From assembly GCA_963834025.1 (NCBI GenBank), contig CAWIAI010000008.1:20080-84079 (forward strand): 64,000 bases of DNA. The letters run 5' to 3'. Of the stretch, positions 39,352-50,276 are shown in pieces. Source of the stretch: an uncultured Acidobacteriota bacterium. GTDB taxonomy: Bacteria > Acidobacteriota > Terriglobia > Acidiferrales > UBA7541. The translations under genes were made by a program, and so were the position numbers. Position 1 is the stretch's first letter. Every line of letters starts with the position of its first letter. Below the pieces are notes generated by a model. That model had not been told where the DNA came from, ran no database searches, and saw only the letters and a program-made list of their open reading frames with translations.

Positions 39352-40538
39352 TGTGCCTCCTTCATTTCGACAGTGAGAATCCGATTTTCGAGCCGCGCTC
39401 GGCCGGGTACCAGCGTGGCCATCGAGCGGGGCAGGCCGACATGGCGTCGCAGCGTGCCGACCTCCACGACCAGTTCGTCGCCCTTCTTGAACAGCCCGAT
39501 ATCGCCCTTGGTCGCGAACGGTAAACGGAGCCGAACCTCGTACTTGCCGTCCCGTTTCCCGAACACGTAAGGTTTCTCGGTCTGAGTCACGGCGGACGGG
39601 TCTTCCCCCTCAGGATACAGCACTTTAGCGAGATCCTGCAGCCGCTGTTTGCCCAACACCTCGTGCGCGAACAGGGGCACACGCCTCACCGGCACGGGCG
39701 CAAAATACTCCTCAATCTCGCGCGATACATTGTTCTGGGAGCTGTGCCACTCGTTGAACCATGCATCCCGAATCTCTGGCGGCAGCACGCGGTTGACAAT
39801 GACCGTGTCCACCGTTAATCCATGTAGCGAAAAATATACAAACGCACGCTGCGTCTCGCGAAGGACCATCTTCTCTGGATTGGTGACCAGCCGTACGGAG
39901 GTGGTGTACGGATCTTCCATGATTTCGTCAACGCCTTCTAGTTTCTCGAACAGATCACGGATATTCGCGAAATAACTGTCGGTAGGCAGTTCAAACGGGG
40001 CGACACGATTGGCAATCGGACGCACGGCTTTAAGCAAGGTACGCTGAAACGGAAAGATATGCTTCATGTACCAGTCCAGTGTCGTGGGCATGCTGATGAA
40101 ACGCATGGATTCAGCAGTGGGCGCTGCGTCCAGTACGATGACGTCGTAGCGATTCTCGCGGCGATATTGGTTGATGTACATCATGGCGCTGAGCTCTTCC
40201 ATGCCCGGCAGAATGGCCAATTCTTCCGCTTCGACGTCGCTGATTCCCGTCGTACGCAATACCGAAATGACATAGGAGGAAATCTGCTGCCAGTGGCGCT
40301 TGACCTCTTTCTGAATGTTCAGCTCGAAAATGGATAGGTGGTCCTGGATCGGAAACGGATCCGAGGTCTGGACCTGAAATAGCTCGACATCCAGATCGAA
40401 CGAATCTGCCAGGCTGTGAGCGGCATCAATGCTCATGACCATTGTGCGGTAGCCCAGGTCGGCAAGTCTCATGCCGGTTGCTGCCGCAAGGCTCGTTTTC
40501 CCTACGCCGCCTTTGCCACTGAACAACAAAATCCTCAT
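39348..40538 (-). CDS. ArsA/Get3-family ATPase with C-terminal HSP20-like domain
   Basis: GKGGVGKT, SIDAAHSL, LPGMEEL, DAAPT; C-terminal YEVRLRLP...GDELVVEVG. Confidence 0.9.
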   Translation of the reverse strand: MRILLFSGKGGVGKTSLAAATGMRLADLGYRTMVMSIDAAHSLADSFDLDVELFQVQTSDPFPIQDHLSIFELNIQKEVKRHWQQISSYVISVLRTTGISDVEAEELAILPGMEELSAMMYINQYRRENRYDVIVLDAAPTAESMRFISMPTTLDWYMKHIFPFQRTLLKAVRPIANRVAPFELPTDSYFANIRDLFEKLEGVDEIMEDPYTTSVRLVTNPEKMVLRETQRAFVYFSLHGLTVDTVIVNRVLPPEIRDAWFNEWHSSQNNVSREIEEYFAPVPVRRVPLFAHEVLGKQRLQDLAKVLYPEGEDPSAVTQTEKPYVFGKRDGKYEVRLRLPFATKGDIGLFKKGDELVVEVGTLRRHVGLPRSMATLVPGRARLENRILTVEMKEAQ

Positions 40539-40588
40539 ACACTCATTGTACGCGAACGGCATGCTTAGGTTTACTTGGTTGAGGACCT

Positions 40589-40795
40589 ATCATTCCTGAG
40601 GATTTTCTGGCGGCACTGGGCAAAGACAAGAAGGCGAACGCTTTCTTCCAATCCCTGAACAAAGCGAACTTCGATGCAATTGCCTACCGGCTACAAACGG
40701 CGAAGAAACCCGAAACGAGGCAGAGGCGCATGGAATTGATCCTCGCGATGTTGGCCAGAGGTGAAGCGCTTCATAAGAAGCGATTGCGAAGGTAA
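40589..40795 (+). pseudogene. YdeI/OmpD-associated family C-terminal fragment
   Basis: Translates IPEDFLAALGKDKKANAFFQSLNKANFDAIAYRLQTAKKPETRQRR; no start or N-terminal part. Confidence 0.7.
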
Positions 40796-40885
40796 CCGGA
40801 AGCTATCCAGGTTCCACGGAACGGATTACTCCTGAGAAGTCGGCTTGTAGGAAGTGATCTCCGTACTTGGCATCGACTCAAAAAC

Positions 40886-42233
40886 GGCTCTGCACAAGAA
40901 TTCGTGGAGGCCCGCATTTTAGGCTGCTTTCTGAAGAACGATGAATTCGGTCTTGGTGACCGCCATGCGTTGGGCCTTGAGCAGCAGATAGCCGAGATTC
41001 TTGTAGCCGCGGCCCCTTCGAAGAAGGGTTTTGATGTTGCCGTTGATGGCTTCCACCACTCCGAAGCGGACCTTGGTGCGGCAGTAGTTGAGGATGCCGT
41101 CGAGGTGATCCAACAGCATGTAAGCGAGCTTTTGAAAGGGTTCCAGGCGTTGCCAACGCAGTTGATCGATCCAACTTTGCAAGTACCGCAGCATGGCTCC
41201 TTCATAGCAGTAGGTCCACAACCGCTCCAAGCTTTCCTTTAGAAGGTAGGCTTTCATCACCCGCCGGTTGAGGGCGAACAGATCGTTTAACTGCTGCCGT
41301 TTCTGGCTGTCCAGATTCATCCAGCGCGTCAACAGCAGCCAACGTTTGCCTTTCACTACCCCGCGCATGCGCCCGCCTTTGCGGAAAAACTCCGCCCGGC
41401 GCACTTCATCGATGGCTTTGTTGGCGTGCTGCAAAACGTGAAACTTGTCGAACACGATGCGGCCGTTCTGCGCCCATTGCGCAATGCTGTTGGTGAATGG
41501 CCGCCACATATCCACGCACGCCGCCTCGATGCGCTTCCGCTGGCTTTCCTTCAGTTGCGTTCGAAAAAACTCATCGAGCGTTTCCTGCTTACGATCCTGC
41601 CCGAACCACAGGGGCTCTCCGGTCTCCAAATTACTGACCACGGTGATGAACTTCATCTGCTTGCCGAAGTAAATCTCATCCACGCCCATTTGTATCAGGG
41701 GATCCTTGCGACGCGTCGCACTCCAACGCTGCAGATACCGCAGGTCGATCGCGCGCACCGTGCTGGCCGCCAGTCCAAACTGCCTGGCCACCTGTCGAAC
41801 CGACGCGCTTTCACACGCCAACCCCACGGCATCCTCAAAGTCCTTGCTAAACGGCGCTTTGCTCGGCAATTGCGGTACTTTCTCGACGCGCACCCCACAC
41901 TGCGGACAGCACACCCGGTACAGCTCGAGGATCACCGTGGTCTGATACTTCCTCCAGGGTAAGTCGCGCACCTCGCGCTGGTAATAGTCATGGGCGTCAG
42001 TAAACTTCCTTCCGCATCCTGAACAGATCAGTTTGCGGTTCCCACGCTTCCGTCGCACCCACAAACGCAACGTCTTGGCGGTTTCATCGATTTCGTGCCG
42101 AAACACTCGGTAACCTGGCCAATCCAAGATTCTCGTGAACTCGTTGTCGCGCATTCCGCCGAGTCTAGCCGAACCTGCCTCATTGCGGAAACCCGCTCTC
42201 CTATTGGCCCGCTACGAATTCCTGCTCAGAGCC
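40886..42233 (-). mobile_element. ISL3-family element
   Basis: IRs GGCTCTGCACAAGAATTC / GAATTCCTGCTCAGAGCC. 8-bp target duplication TCAAAAAC at 40878-40885 and 42234-42241. Confidence 0.95.
40919..42154 (-). CDS. ISL3-family transposase
   Basis: CSGC...CPQC zinc finger, GVDE, CVDMW, FDKFH, EAINGNIK...RGRGY. Confidence 0.95.
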   Translation of the reverse strand: MRDNEFTRILDWPGYRVFRHEIDETAKTLRLWVRRKRGNRKLICSGCGRKFTDAHDYYQREVRDLPWRKYQTTVILELYRVCCPQCGVRVEKVPQLPSKAPFSKDFEDAVGLACESASVRQVARQFGLAASTVRAIDLRYLQRWSATRRKDPLIQMGVDEIYFGKQMKFITVVSNLETGEPLWFGQDRKQETLDEFFRTQLKESQRKRIEAACVDMWRPFTNSIAQWAQNGRIVFDKFHVLQHANKAIDEVRRAEFFRKGGRMRGVVKGKRWLLLTRWMNLDSQKRQQLNDLFALNRRVMKAYLLKESLERLWTYCYEGAMLRYLQSWIDQLRWQRLEPFQKLAYMLLDHLDGILNYCRTKVRFGVVEAINGNIKTLLRRGRGYKNLGYLLLKAQRMAVTKTEFIVLQKAA

Positions 42234-42823
42234 TCAAAAACCAACGGTTCCCTAGAGTGTTGTGGATACAGTCTGTTTGGGAGGCAGCAGTTTTCCCCTG
42301 CAACACAACGCTTCCTTAGACCGTTGTGCGTAAATTCGCAGCGGCTCTGAAAAGGTTTTCCAAACCGCCGCCGAGCAGTATTCAGGACAACGGTTTCAGA
42401 CCGCCGTTTTGAGAAATTCCCACCTGTGCAACCACGCGTAACTCCCCGAATTTCTGCCGGCGCGATCGTAAAATTCGGAAATCACCCGGTTGCGCCTGTA
42501 TCCTTAATATATGTACCGCATCGACGAACCGCCCTCCGCATCGCTAGCTTATTCCTAAGCGCTGAAGAATCCACCTGTTAGCACTCTTTCGGACCTCTCA
42601 GCTTGGTCTAATCCGACTCTGGTCGGCGATTCACTCCCTCGCATCGTTATCCGCTGTAATTTGCGCCTCCGCAGGCACACCGTCACGCCACTCGCGGACT
42701 CGTGTCACGCCCGTTGCCATCCGCTCCGGCTTCCACTGACTGCCTCCCGTTCTCCTGAAAACGCGGCCCTTTGGTTCCCCTGCTCGTGTGAGGGAACCAA
42801 ATCCCCGCACAGGGGAACGGAAA

Positions 42824-43076
42824 ATGAAATCAGAACAGATCAAAGAAATTACAGCTCGGGCCACCGAACAGCTCGTCGCTGCGCTCAACGCTGGCCGCAG
42901 CGAGGCGCTTACCGGCTATCTCAAGGCCATCGGACGGTTTCACCGATACAGTTTGTACAACGTGATGCTCAGCGCTTCTCAGAAGCCCGATGCGAGCTAC
43001 GTTGCTGGCTTCCGTACATGGAACCAGCTGGGCCGCTACGTCAAGAAGGGCGAGAAAGGCATCCTGATTCTCGCTG
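42824..43076 (+). pseudogene. ArdC-like ssDNA-binding protein, N-terminal fragment
   Basis: Highly similar to the first ~84 aa of 62760-63557, then diverges into unrelated sequence. Confidence 0.85.
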
Positions 43077-43507
43077 GTCCGGCACCGTGGTCACCAGCAC
43101 TTGAATGGGGCTGTGCCAACGCACCCATTCCTCGGTGTTCCTCCGGCACAGAATCATCTCTCCAGGTGCGTAGCTGTATCTCGACAGACTGTGCGATCCA
43201 AGACCAAACTCAAACTCGCCCGGGGTCAGCACCTTCGCTAAGACCTGTTTTTCGAAAATCTGACGTATCGGCTCCGGCGATTCTCTGAACAAGGAGTTTG
43301 GCATCTATCACAGGCTTTAGATGTCTTTGCATCCTGCAAAGTAACATTGCTACACTCGCACACGCCCCGCAAGATGTGGTTCGTTCACCGCTCACCTGCA
43401 AAGAACCGAACGATTGGATACAGAAGCGAAGGATTTGAGCCTTTGCTCATTCATTTTTGCGTTTTCATCGACTTGCATGTGCTTGGACCACATAGGGAGA
43501 TTTCTCA

Positions 43508-44029
43508 ATGAACGCGAGATCTGAAACAAAGACGGGCACGAGCAAAGGCGCCGAGCAGCAAACATTCATTGTTCTCGGGGTTTTGCTTCAGTTTCTCTCC
43601 ACCCCCGAGCAAATCAACGACCAGATCAGCGTGATGCGCGGAACGGTCCCCTCAGGAGTCGTGATTCCGCTCCATAGCCACGCCGATCCAGAGATATTTT
43701 ATGTGCTGAATGGTTCGCTTGAGGTATTCCGGGCCGAAGGTCCGTCCGAGGGCTGGCAAACAGTAACTGCCGAGGAGGTCGTTTCTATCCCCGGAAATGT
43801 CAGACATGCACTCCGAAATACTTCTCCTGGCCCGGTAACCTTAATCACCGTGAGCAAGCAGGAACTCTACAGCTTCTTCCGCGAGCTCGCACGGCCATTC
43901 GATCCGAACAGTCCTCCCGCATCGCCAACTTCGGAGGAGATGCAGCATCTCTTCAGCGTCGCAGAGAAGGACGAATACTGGCTTGCCTCCCTTGACGAAA
44001 ATTCAGCGATCGGCATCTCGCTCCGGTAG
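43508..44029 (+). CDS. Cupin domain protein
   Basis: PLHSHADPEIFYVLNG...IPGNVRHA. Confidence 0.88.
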   Translation: MNARSETKTGTSKGAEQQTFIVLGVLLQFLSTPEQINDQISVMRGTVPSGVVIPLHSHADPEIFYVLNGSLEVFRAEGPSEGWQTVTAEEVVSIPGNVRHALRNTSPGPVTLITVSKQELYSFFRELARPFDPNSPPASPTSEEMQHLFSVAEKDEYWLASLDENSAIGISLR

Positions 44030-44100
44030 TTCGACTGCTAGTGGCTCTCTCTGTCTGTTGCGATGTCGACTGCGTCGCTGACCTGGAACTCGCGGGAGTA

Positions 44101-44186
44101 GAGGATGCCCCGGGTTAGTTGAAAGTTGAGAACAAGAAGCAGCGGCTCTCGCCCGAACTCGGATAGAGTTCGGGTCGCGAATCCTT
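44101..44186 (+). mobile_element. Isolated left end of the IS256-family element
   Basis: GAGGATG...TTAGTTGAAAGTT.AGAACAAGAAGCAGCGGCTCTCGCCCGAACTCGGATAGAGTTCGGG nearly identical to 17137-17222; no transposase follows. Confidence 0.85.
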
Positions 44187-44355
44187 TTTACACACCGTAG
44201 AGCAGTCCGGCCATGAGGTGAGAGACGATGAGCGCACCGGCCACACCCAGCCCAGCGCCAGACAGAGCTGACCTGGTTACGCCAGAAAGCGTTCAAATCG
44301 AACGCCACAAACCGATTCAAGCAACAAATGTCTATCACACTTTTTTCGGAAGGCT

Positions 44356-45117
44356 CTAGAGCCCGGGTAGGCGCTGGCGCAGCGGCCGGGCCTGCCGTTC
44401 GCTCACGGCGATCTCTGTGGACGCAGCGTCGGACATAACAAGCAGAAAGCTGCTCTTGAAGTAAGGCTTGATCTCTTTGATCTGCGACATATTGACCAGC
44501 ACCTCGCGGCGCGCACGGAAGAACTCATGCGGCAAGGCGGCTTCAAGTTCGGCAAGCTGGTAGTTCACCCAGAACGAGTCTTTCGCTGTCGTCGCACGCA
44601 CAATGCCATCCTGCACCTGGAACCAGAGGATTTGTTCCGAAGGCACAAGCAGGGCGCGTCCGTTTTTCCGGCAGACGATTTTGCGGAGCGTCTTCGGTGC
44701 CTCGCCTGTCGCGCGCAGAATGTTCTCGCGCTCCCTTTCTTTTTCCGCGGAAAGAGAGCAAAGTTTGCTCGAGCGTTCTATCGCAAACGACAGCCGCTCC
44801 GGTTCGATGGGCTTGAGGAGATAGGCAAGCGCGTTGGCCTCAAAGGCCGCGAGGGCGTGCTGGTCGTACCCCGTGGTGAAGATGACGAGCGGGATCTCGA
44901 TGGCGGACGGAATCGACCGCAGTACCTCGAAGCCCTTGAGCCCGGGCATTTCTATGTCGAGAAACAAAAGGTCAGGTCGGAGCTCTTCGATTTTCTCAAT
45001 CGCCTCGAGGCCATCCTCAGCCTCGCCGATCACCGCAACTTCGGGATGAGCGCCGAGCAATCGGATCAGCCGCGCGCGAGCATCCGCCTCATCGTCAATG
45101 ACCAGACTCCGCATCAC
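44356..45117 (-). CDS. LytTR-family response regulator
   Basis: LVIDDE, FLDIEMP, YLLKP; FFRARREVLVN LytTR motif. Confidence 0.93.
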   Translation of the reverse strand: MMRSLVIDDEADARARLIRLLGAHPEVAVIGEAEDGLEAIEKIEELRPDLLFLDIEMPGLKGFEVLRSIPSAIEIPLVIFTTGYDQHALAAFEANALAYLLKPIEPERLSFAIERSSKLCSLSAEKERERENILRATGEAPKTLRKIVCRKNGRALLVPSEQILWFQVQDGIVRATTAKDSFWVNYQLAELEAALPHEFFRARREVLVNMSQIKEIKPYFKSSFLLVMSDAASTEIAVSERQARPLRQRLPGL

Positions 45118-47150
45118 GCCGCGGCTCCGCTCTCGCGTGGCAACAGAATTGTGACGCGCGTTCCACCCGCCTGCCGCACTTCTATTGTCATCCGGCCCTG
45201 GTCCTGATAGAGCGCATTGAGGCGCTGCGCAACATTCTCGAGCCCGACTCCGTTCGATCGTCCATCGCTGCCGTTGAGTTTTAAGACACCGATTGCGGGT
45301 CCGACGCCGTCATCTTCCACTCGCAGACGCACCTGATTTCCGTCGGCCTCGGCAGTGATCCACAAGTGGCCTGGACCGGGCTTCGGTCCCAGGCCGTGCT
45401 TCAGCGCATTTTCCACAATGGGCTGAAGCATCAGCGAGGGAATCTGCTCCATGGCGACCGCCGGGTCGACGGCGATCTTGACTTGAAGCCGGCTGCCGAA
45501 CCGAGCTTCTTCAATCTGCAGATACGTCTCAAGGAAGTCGATCTCTTCGTGCAGCGAAATGAGGGGGCGCGCAGAGTTGGCCAGTACATGGCGGAAGACT
45601 CTGGCGAGCCGCAGCGTCATGGTCTCGGCTCGCTCCGGATTGGTCACCACGAGGTTTGCGATGCTGTTCAGCGAATTGAAGAGGAAATGCGGGTTGACCT
45701 GAGCACGCAGGGCGCGCAGCTCCGCCTCGGTCACCTGCTGCAGCAGCACCGCTTCACGGTTCTGCACCACGATCAGCCGTTCTTCCTTGTGCAGTGCGTC
45801 GAGCCGCTGACCGCACTGCGCTGCCACGCTGCGCAAATAATTCACTTCGTGCGTCACCAGGCCGCGCCGCGCTGGACCGGGAGATATGGCGAGCATGTGG
45901 GTGACCCGGCCCTCCGATCGAACTGGAACGAGCAGTTCGACTTCGTCCAGGGTGCGTCCCGCGTGGTACGGGTGCTGGCAATCGAGTTCTACGAGTTCGC
46001 CGTCGTTCACCGCGTTCAACCAATCCGGCTCGGGCCCATGCGAGTGCGGCCAATTCGATGTGGGCAGGCTCGTCTTGGACAAGTTCTCGAGCGTAACCAG
46101 CTGGGCAGCTTTCAGCTCCAGCGATTGACGGGCAGTTGTCTCCACGGCGTCGGCGATCTCTGTCTCGGACCGAAGGCGCCCCAGCCTTTCCGACAACTCC
46201 CGCAGCAGGGTGCGGTAGTCCGGCGCACGGAAGATCCAACGGTTCACGAATTCGCCGATACGACGGTCAACGAACGTGAACAGGACCAGCATGGGAACCG
46301 CAGTCAGGGTCTCGACGCAGACCCGGGCAGCCCCGGGGTATGCGACGCGGCCCTCGAATCGAACGAGCGAGAGGGCGTAGTAGGACAGCGTGAAGGCCAC
46401 AGCCGTGAGCGCCGCTAACACCACCCTGAGGCTGTGACGGATAAACAAATCGGAAAAACGGAAACGGGCGAACAAGAAGAACGCCCCTAGAACGATGAGC
46501 AGTGTGATCTGTTCGCTGACGACGCGGAGCAGGTCGGAAACCACACGGTCGAACGGCAACACTTGCTGGATGAGGGCTGCCGTCAAGGCGCCGAAGGCGC
46601 CCACCAGCATGGCCAGAGAAGGGAGCCTCATCGCCCGCGATATGAGACGGTCCCGGAACAGGGTGACTCCCAGCGTGAGCAGAATGGCTCCGTTGTATGG
46701 GGTCGATTCCTTAAGGAAAAGCAGTGACGAGTTCACACCGGTTAAGACGCCGCGCCAGAGCGGTATGACGATCAGCGTACAGGTGATCACCGCCAGGGCC
46801 TGCAGCAACCGGCAGCCGATCTTTTGCCAGCGCAGGTTAGCGAGCGGGCTCCACAGGCTTAACACGGTGATTGGCCATGCCGCGGCTGCAGTGTACTGAC
46901 AGGCCAGGATGATGAGCGCCCCTCGTCCCTGTTCGGGCGCGCCGCATGTGAGAGCGACGGAATGCCCGAGACCGCCCAGATTCCATACTAGGCAGCAAGT
47001 CACGAACGGGAAACTGGCTGCGCTGGCGCCCTGCAGTTTGGCCGCGCGCACGGTGAGAACAAGAAGAAGAATGCTGATCGCCGTCCCAGTCGCGAAGCCG
47101 ATGAGGCTGGCGGCGAGATAGAGGCTAATCGTAATCGATCCAGAGAACAT
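45114..47150 (-). CDS. LytS/YesM-type membrane histidine kinase
   Basis: ELRALRAQVNPHFLFNSLN, LQPIVENALKHG, DDGVG, GVGLENV. Confidence 0.93.
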   Translation of the reverse strand: MFSGSITISLYLAASLIGFATGTAISILLLVLTVRAAKLQGASAASFPFVTCCLVWNLGGLGHSVALTCGAPEQGRGALIILACQYTAAAAWPITVLSLWSPLANLRWQKIGCRLLQALAVITCTLIVIPLWRGVLTGVNSSLLFLKESTPYNGAILLTLGVTLFRDRLISRAMRLPSLAMLVGAFGALTAALIQQVLPFDRVVSDLLRVVSEQITLLIVLGAFFLFARFRFSDLFIRHSLRVVLAALTAVAFTLSYYALSLVRFEGRVAYPGAARVCVETLTAVPMLVLFTFVDRRIGEFVNRWIFRAPDYRTLLRELSERLGRLRSETEIADAVETTARQSLELKAAQLVTLENLSKTSLPTSNWPHSHGPEPDWLNAVNDGELVELDCQHPYHAGRTLDEVELLVPVRSEGRVTHMLAISPGPARRGLVTHEVNYLRSVAAQCGQRLDALHKEERLIVVQNREAVLLQQVTEAELRALRAQVNPHFLFNSLNSIANLVVTNPERAETMTLRLARVFRHVLANSARPLISLHEEIDFLETYLQIEEARFGSRLQVKIAVDPAVAMEQIPSLMLQPIVENALKHGLGPKPGPGHLWITAEADGNQVRLRVEDDGVGPAIGVLKLNGSDGRSNGVGLENVAQRLNALYQDQGRMTIEVRQAGGTRVTILLPRESGAAA

Positions 47151-47655
47151 GGGCGGCGACCTGAACTAAAGAAAAACGGGACCGTGAAAATCGGAACCGT
47201 GGTGCAAAGCGGTACTCGCCTGTGTCAAGAATACCGCCAACTATTGGCTTTGACCGGAAAATCTCGCAGGCGCGAAGATTCGGCACCGAACGCGGATCCT
47301 GCGCTGCGGTTGCTGCCTAAACTACAAACAGCCAGTCGAGCCGTCCTCCGCGAAAGTCCGGCGTTAGCGGGGAGGTTTTTTCCATGAACCTCGCTCACCC
47401 CTCCGCGCTCCGCGTTCAATGCCGCTACTGCGCACTGGCACGATTTCGGTGGCCCTTCTTCGGTGATCAGCAGGACACTCAGTCTCGGAATCGTTCAGAC
47501 GAAAAGGAAGATGCATTAGACACGGACTCGTACTCCGAATGCTGGCTTTTTTTGATGCGGCTGGGTCGTTACAGCCAGGACGTTCCGTTCGCGCAAGAAT
47601 GACTTTCACGAGCCACACGAAGTCATCACCTCGGGAAGAACAGTAAAGAGAGCCA

Positions 47656-49089
47656 ATGGCCAATGACAAGAATGGCTTGACCCGCCGACGATTCGTCCTC
47701 TCCCTGGGAGCGGCTGCGATCGCTGCCGGATGCGAATCCAAAAGGCTTGCATCTGAGGCACGGCGGTTTCCAAGTTCGTTTCGCTGGGGATGCGGATCGT
47801 CCGCATTTCAAGTTGAAGGAGCCTTGGATGTCGACGGAAGAGGTGAGAGCATCTGGGACATTTTTGCCAAGCAGAATGGGCGCATTAAGGATGGCTCAAC
47901 CCCCAGCATAACTTGTAACTCGTACTACCGATACGAGGAAGATGCGGCGTTGATGAGCGCTGCCAACCTAAATTCGTACAAGTTTTCGATCTCATGGCCG
48001 CGAGTGTTTCCCACGGGTTCAGGGTCCCTGAATGAACGCGGCATGGACTATTACGATCGGCTAACCGACACGCTCCTCCAGCGACACATCAATCCCTACG
48101 TAACGCTGTTTCACTGGGACCTTCCTCAGCGCTTGTATGAGTTGGGAGGCTGGATGTCGCGAGATACGGGAGAGCGATTCGCTGAATACGCCAGGACGGT
48201 CACTCGCCGCTTGGGCGATCGCGTTAAGAATTTTATCACCATCAATGAGGCGAACGTTCACTTGATCCTAGGCCATCTCATTGGCAATCATGCACCGGGA
48301 TTGCACGATGCTAAGCTTCTCGGCCCCGTGACCCATCATCTGAACCTGGCCCAAGGCCAAGCCATTCAAGCGATGCGTGCGCAGCGGAATGATCTGACGA
48401 TTGGAGTCGGACTGGCACTTTCGCCAGCCCGGCCAGAGGGAGGGCGAATCCATCTACTTAACGATATCGCGGCCCTGGCGTTTGATGAACTATGGTCGGG
48501 CGCGTTTCTCGACCCGTTACTGAAGGGCAAGTACCCTTTGGCGGCGGAGCAGATGCTGGCCGATGCGGTCAAGACCGGGGACATGAGCACGATTCATCAG
48601 GGTTGCGATTTCATTGGCGTCAACTATTACTCACCGTCCTATCTCAAAGCGGATTTTAGTGCCCCAAGTTTCTTGGGCCTGGGCAGAACGCCCGCCGGCG
48701 TCACTCTAGATGCGGCTGGCCGCGAAATAGACCCTTCCGGCCTACAAGAAGTTCTCAATCGACTGACCAAAGATTACGGTAACCCGCGTCTTATTGTGAC
48801 AGAGAACGGTTGTTCCGACCCCTTGGGTGACCACGCCGCAATCATCGATGATGAGTTCCGAATTCACTACCTGAGCGCTCACTTACGTGCTGTCATCCAG
48901 GCCATGGACAACGGCAGCCGGGTGGAAGGCTTCTTTGTGTGGTCGTTGCTCGATAACTGGGAGTGGGATCTGGGCTTTACCTCGAAATTTGGTCTGGTTG
49001 CTCAGAATGTCAGCACGGGCGAACGAACCCCGAAGAAATCCTATGCTTGGTTTGCCGACATCGCAGAGACCGGACTGCTACCCGCCTAA
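47656..49089 (+). CDS. GH1 beta-glucosidase with Tat signal
   Basis: TRRRFV Tat motif; FQVEG, TLFHWD, TINE and TENG catalytic motifs, DNWEW. Confidence 0.93.
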   Translation: MANDKNGLTRRRFVLSLGAAAIAAGCESKRLASEARRFPSSFRWGCGSSAFQVEGALDVDGRGESIWDIFAKQNGRIKDGSTPSITCNSYYRYEEDAALMSAANLNSYKFSISWPRVFPTGSGSLNERGMDYYDRLTDTLLQRHINPYVTLFHWDLPQRLYELGGWMSRDTGERFAEYARTVTRRLGDRVKNFITINEANVHLILGHLIGNHAPGLHDAKLLGPVTHHLNLAQGQAIQAMRAQRNDLTIGVGLALSPARPEGGRIHLLNDIAALAFDELWSGAFLDPLLKGKYPLAAEQMLADAVKTGDMSTIHQGCDFIGVNYYSPSYLKADFSAPSFLGLGRTPAGVTLDAAGREIDPSGLQEVLNRLTKDYGNPRLIVTENGCSDPLGDHAAIIDDEFRIHYLSAHLRAVIQAMDNGSRVEGFFVWSLLDNWEWDLGFTSKFGLVAQNVSTGERTPKKSYAWFADIAETGLLPA

Positions 49090-49127
49090 CGGTCGCGCCT
49101 CGGAAGGGAGGCCTCAAAGAGGTCATC

Positions 49128-50096
49128 GTGCCAACAGCTCTCATCACAGGCGGTCACGCCGGGATCGGCTTTGAATGCGCCAAACAGCTTGCGTCTCGCT
49201 CGCGTTACAACTTGGTTCTCGCCGGACGGAGCATGGAACAGATCAATGCCGCAGCGCAACAGCTCCGGACGGAGTACGGCATAAGGGTCAGCACACTTAA
49301 GCTCGACACCTCCTCGCTGAGTTCTGTCAGAGATGCAGCAACAAAATTTCGTGCGATGCTCGACAGTGGCGAAGTCGACTCATTCGAGGCACTCCTGTGT
49401 AACGCAGGCGGATATTTCGGTGGGCCGCTTTCCTATAGCAAGGACGGCTATGAGACAACGTTCGCGACCAATTGCCTTGGACATTTCCTACTGATCGAAC
49501 TGCTCGCTGAGCGAATGGGAGACAACGGACGCATTGTGTTCACCGCGAGCGGAACGCATGATCCCGACACGGCGGATGGAAAGATGGTCGGCATTGTGGC
49601 TGAACCCGACGCGATTGCTCTTGCCAACGATGGAAAAGACGGCAAGAAGCCCCTCTCCGCGGGCAAGCGCTACTCGACGTCAAAGCTCTGCACGATCCTT
49701 TATGCCTATGAACTGCACCGTCGGTTACGGCGGGCTGGGAGCTCAGTCGCATCGATTGCCTTCGACCCCGGGGCCGTGCCCGAGACCGGGCTGCTCCGGA
49801 TGATGCCAAAGCCTGTGCAGTGGCTCGCGAAAACTCGCTACATGAAGTGGATCATGAAACGAGTTGGCGTAACGCAGGGCTCCATCAGCTTCTCTGGTGC
49901 ATCCCTTGCTCAGGTTGCTACTGATCCCACATACAGAAACGGGTCTGGCAAGTATTTTCAATCGAATAACGGCGCACTCAGTGATACACGGTCTTCTAGA
50001 CTGTCATATGACGAACAGCGAGCACTGAAATTATGGAACGACTCAAAGACGCTCGTACGATTGCAGCCAAACGAGGAGTCCGTTCAACTGCGGTGA
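49128..50096 (+). CDS. Short-chain dehydrogenase/reductase
   Basis: ALITGGHAGIG, CNAG, YSTSK. GTG 49128 after RBS GAGG. Confidence 0.9.
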   Translation: MPTALITGGHAGIGFECAKQLASRSRYNLVLAGRSMEQINAAAQQLRTEYGIRVSTLKLDTSSLSSVRDAATKFRAMLDSGEVDSFEALLCNAGGYFGGPLSYSKDGYETTFATNCLGHFLLIELLAERMGDNGRIVFTASGTHDPDTADGKMVGIVAEPDAIALANDGKDGKKPLSAGKRYSTSKLCTILYAYELHRRLRRAGSSVASIAFDPGAVPETGLLRMMPKPVQWLAKTRYMKWIMKRVGVTQGSISFSGASLAQVATDPTYRNGSGKYFQSNNGALSDTRSSRLSYDEQRALKLWNDSKTLVRLQPNEESVQLR

Positions 50097-50098
50097 CA

Positions 50099-50215
50099 AC
50101 GGACAGAAGATTGATTATTGCCGCGATAGCGTCGCTCGACTCCGGTGGCGAGGGCGCCGTCACCCTCCGAACGGTCGGCCATGCTTCCCGAGTCTCTCAC
50201 AACGCTCCTGCAAGC
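50099..50215 (+). pseudogene. TetR-family HTH remnant
   Basis: RRLIIAAIASLDSGGEGAVTLRTVGHASRVSHNAP; no start or C-terminal domain. Confidence 0.55.
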
Positions 50216-50276
50216 ATTTTAAGAGCCCGATGCGTGACCGACAGTCACAACACGAAATTCACTTTGAGGTTCCACA

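Noticed and set aside
39348-40562. Arsenic resistance operon
   Set aside because: Single-domain ArsA with HSP20 tail and no pump, reductase or ArsR in the window.
45366-46418. Long antisense/alternate-frame ORFs such as 45366-46418, 7946-8617, 9002-9646, 21745-22509, 36948-37637
   Set aside because: Shadows of well-supported genes in high-GC sequence, with no recognisable motifs.
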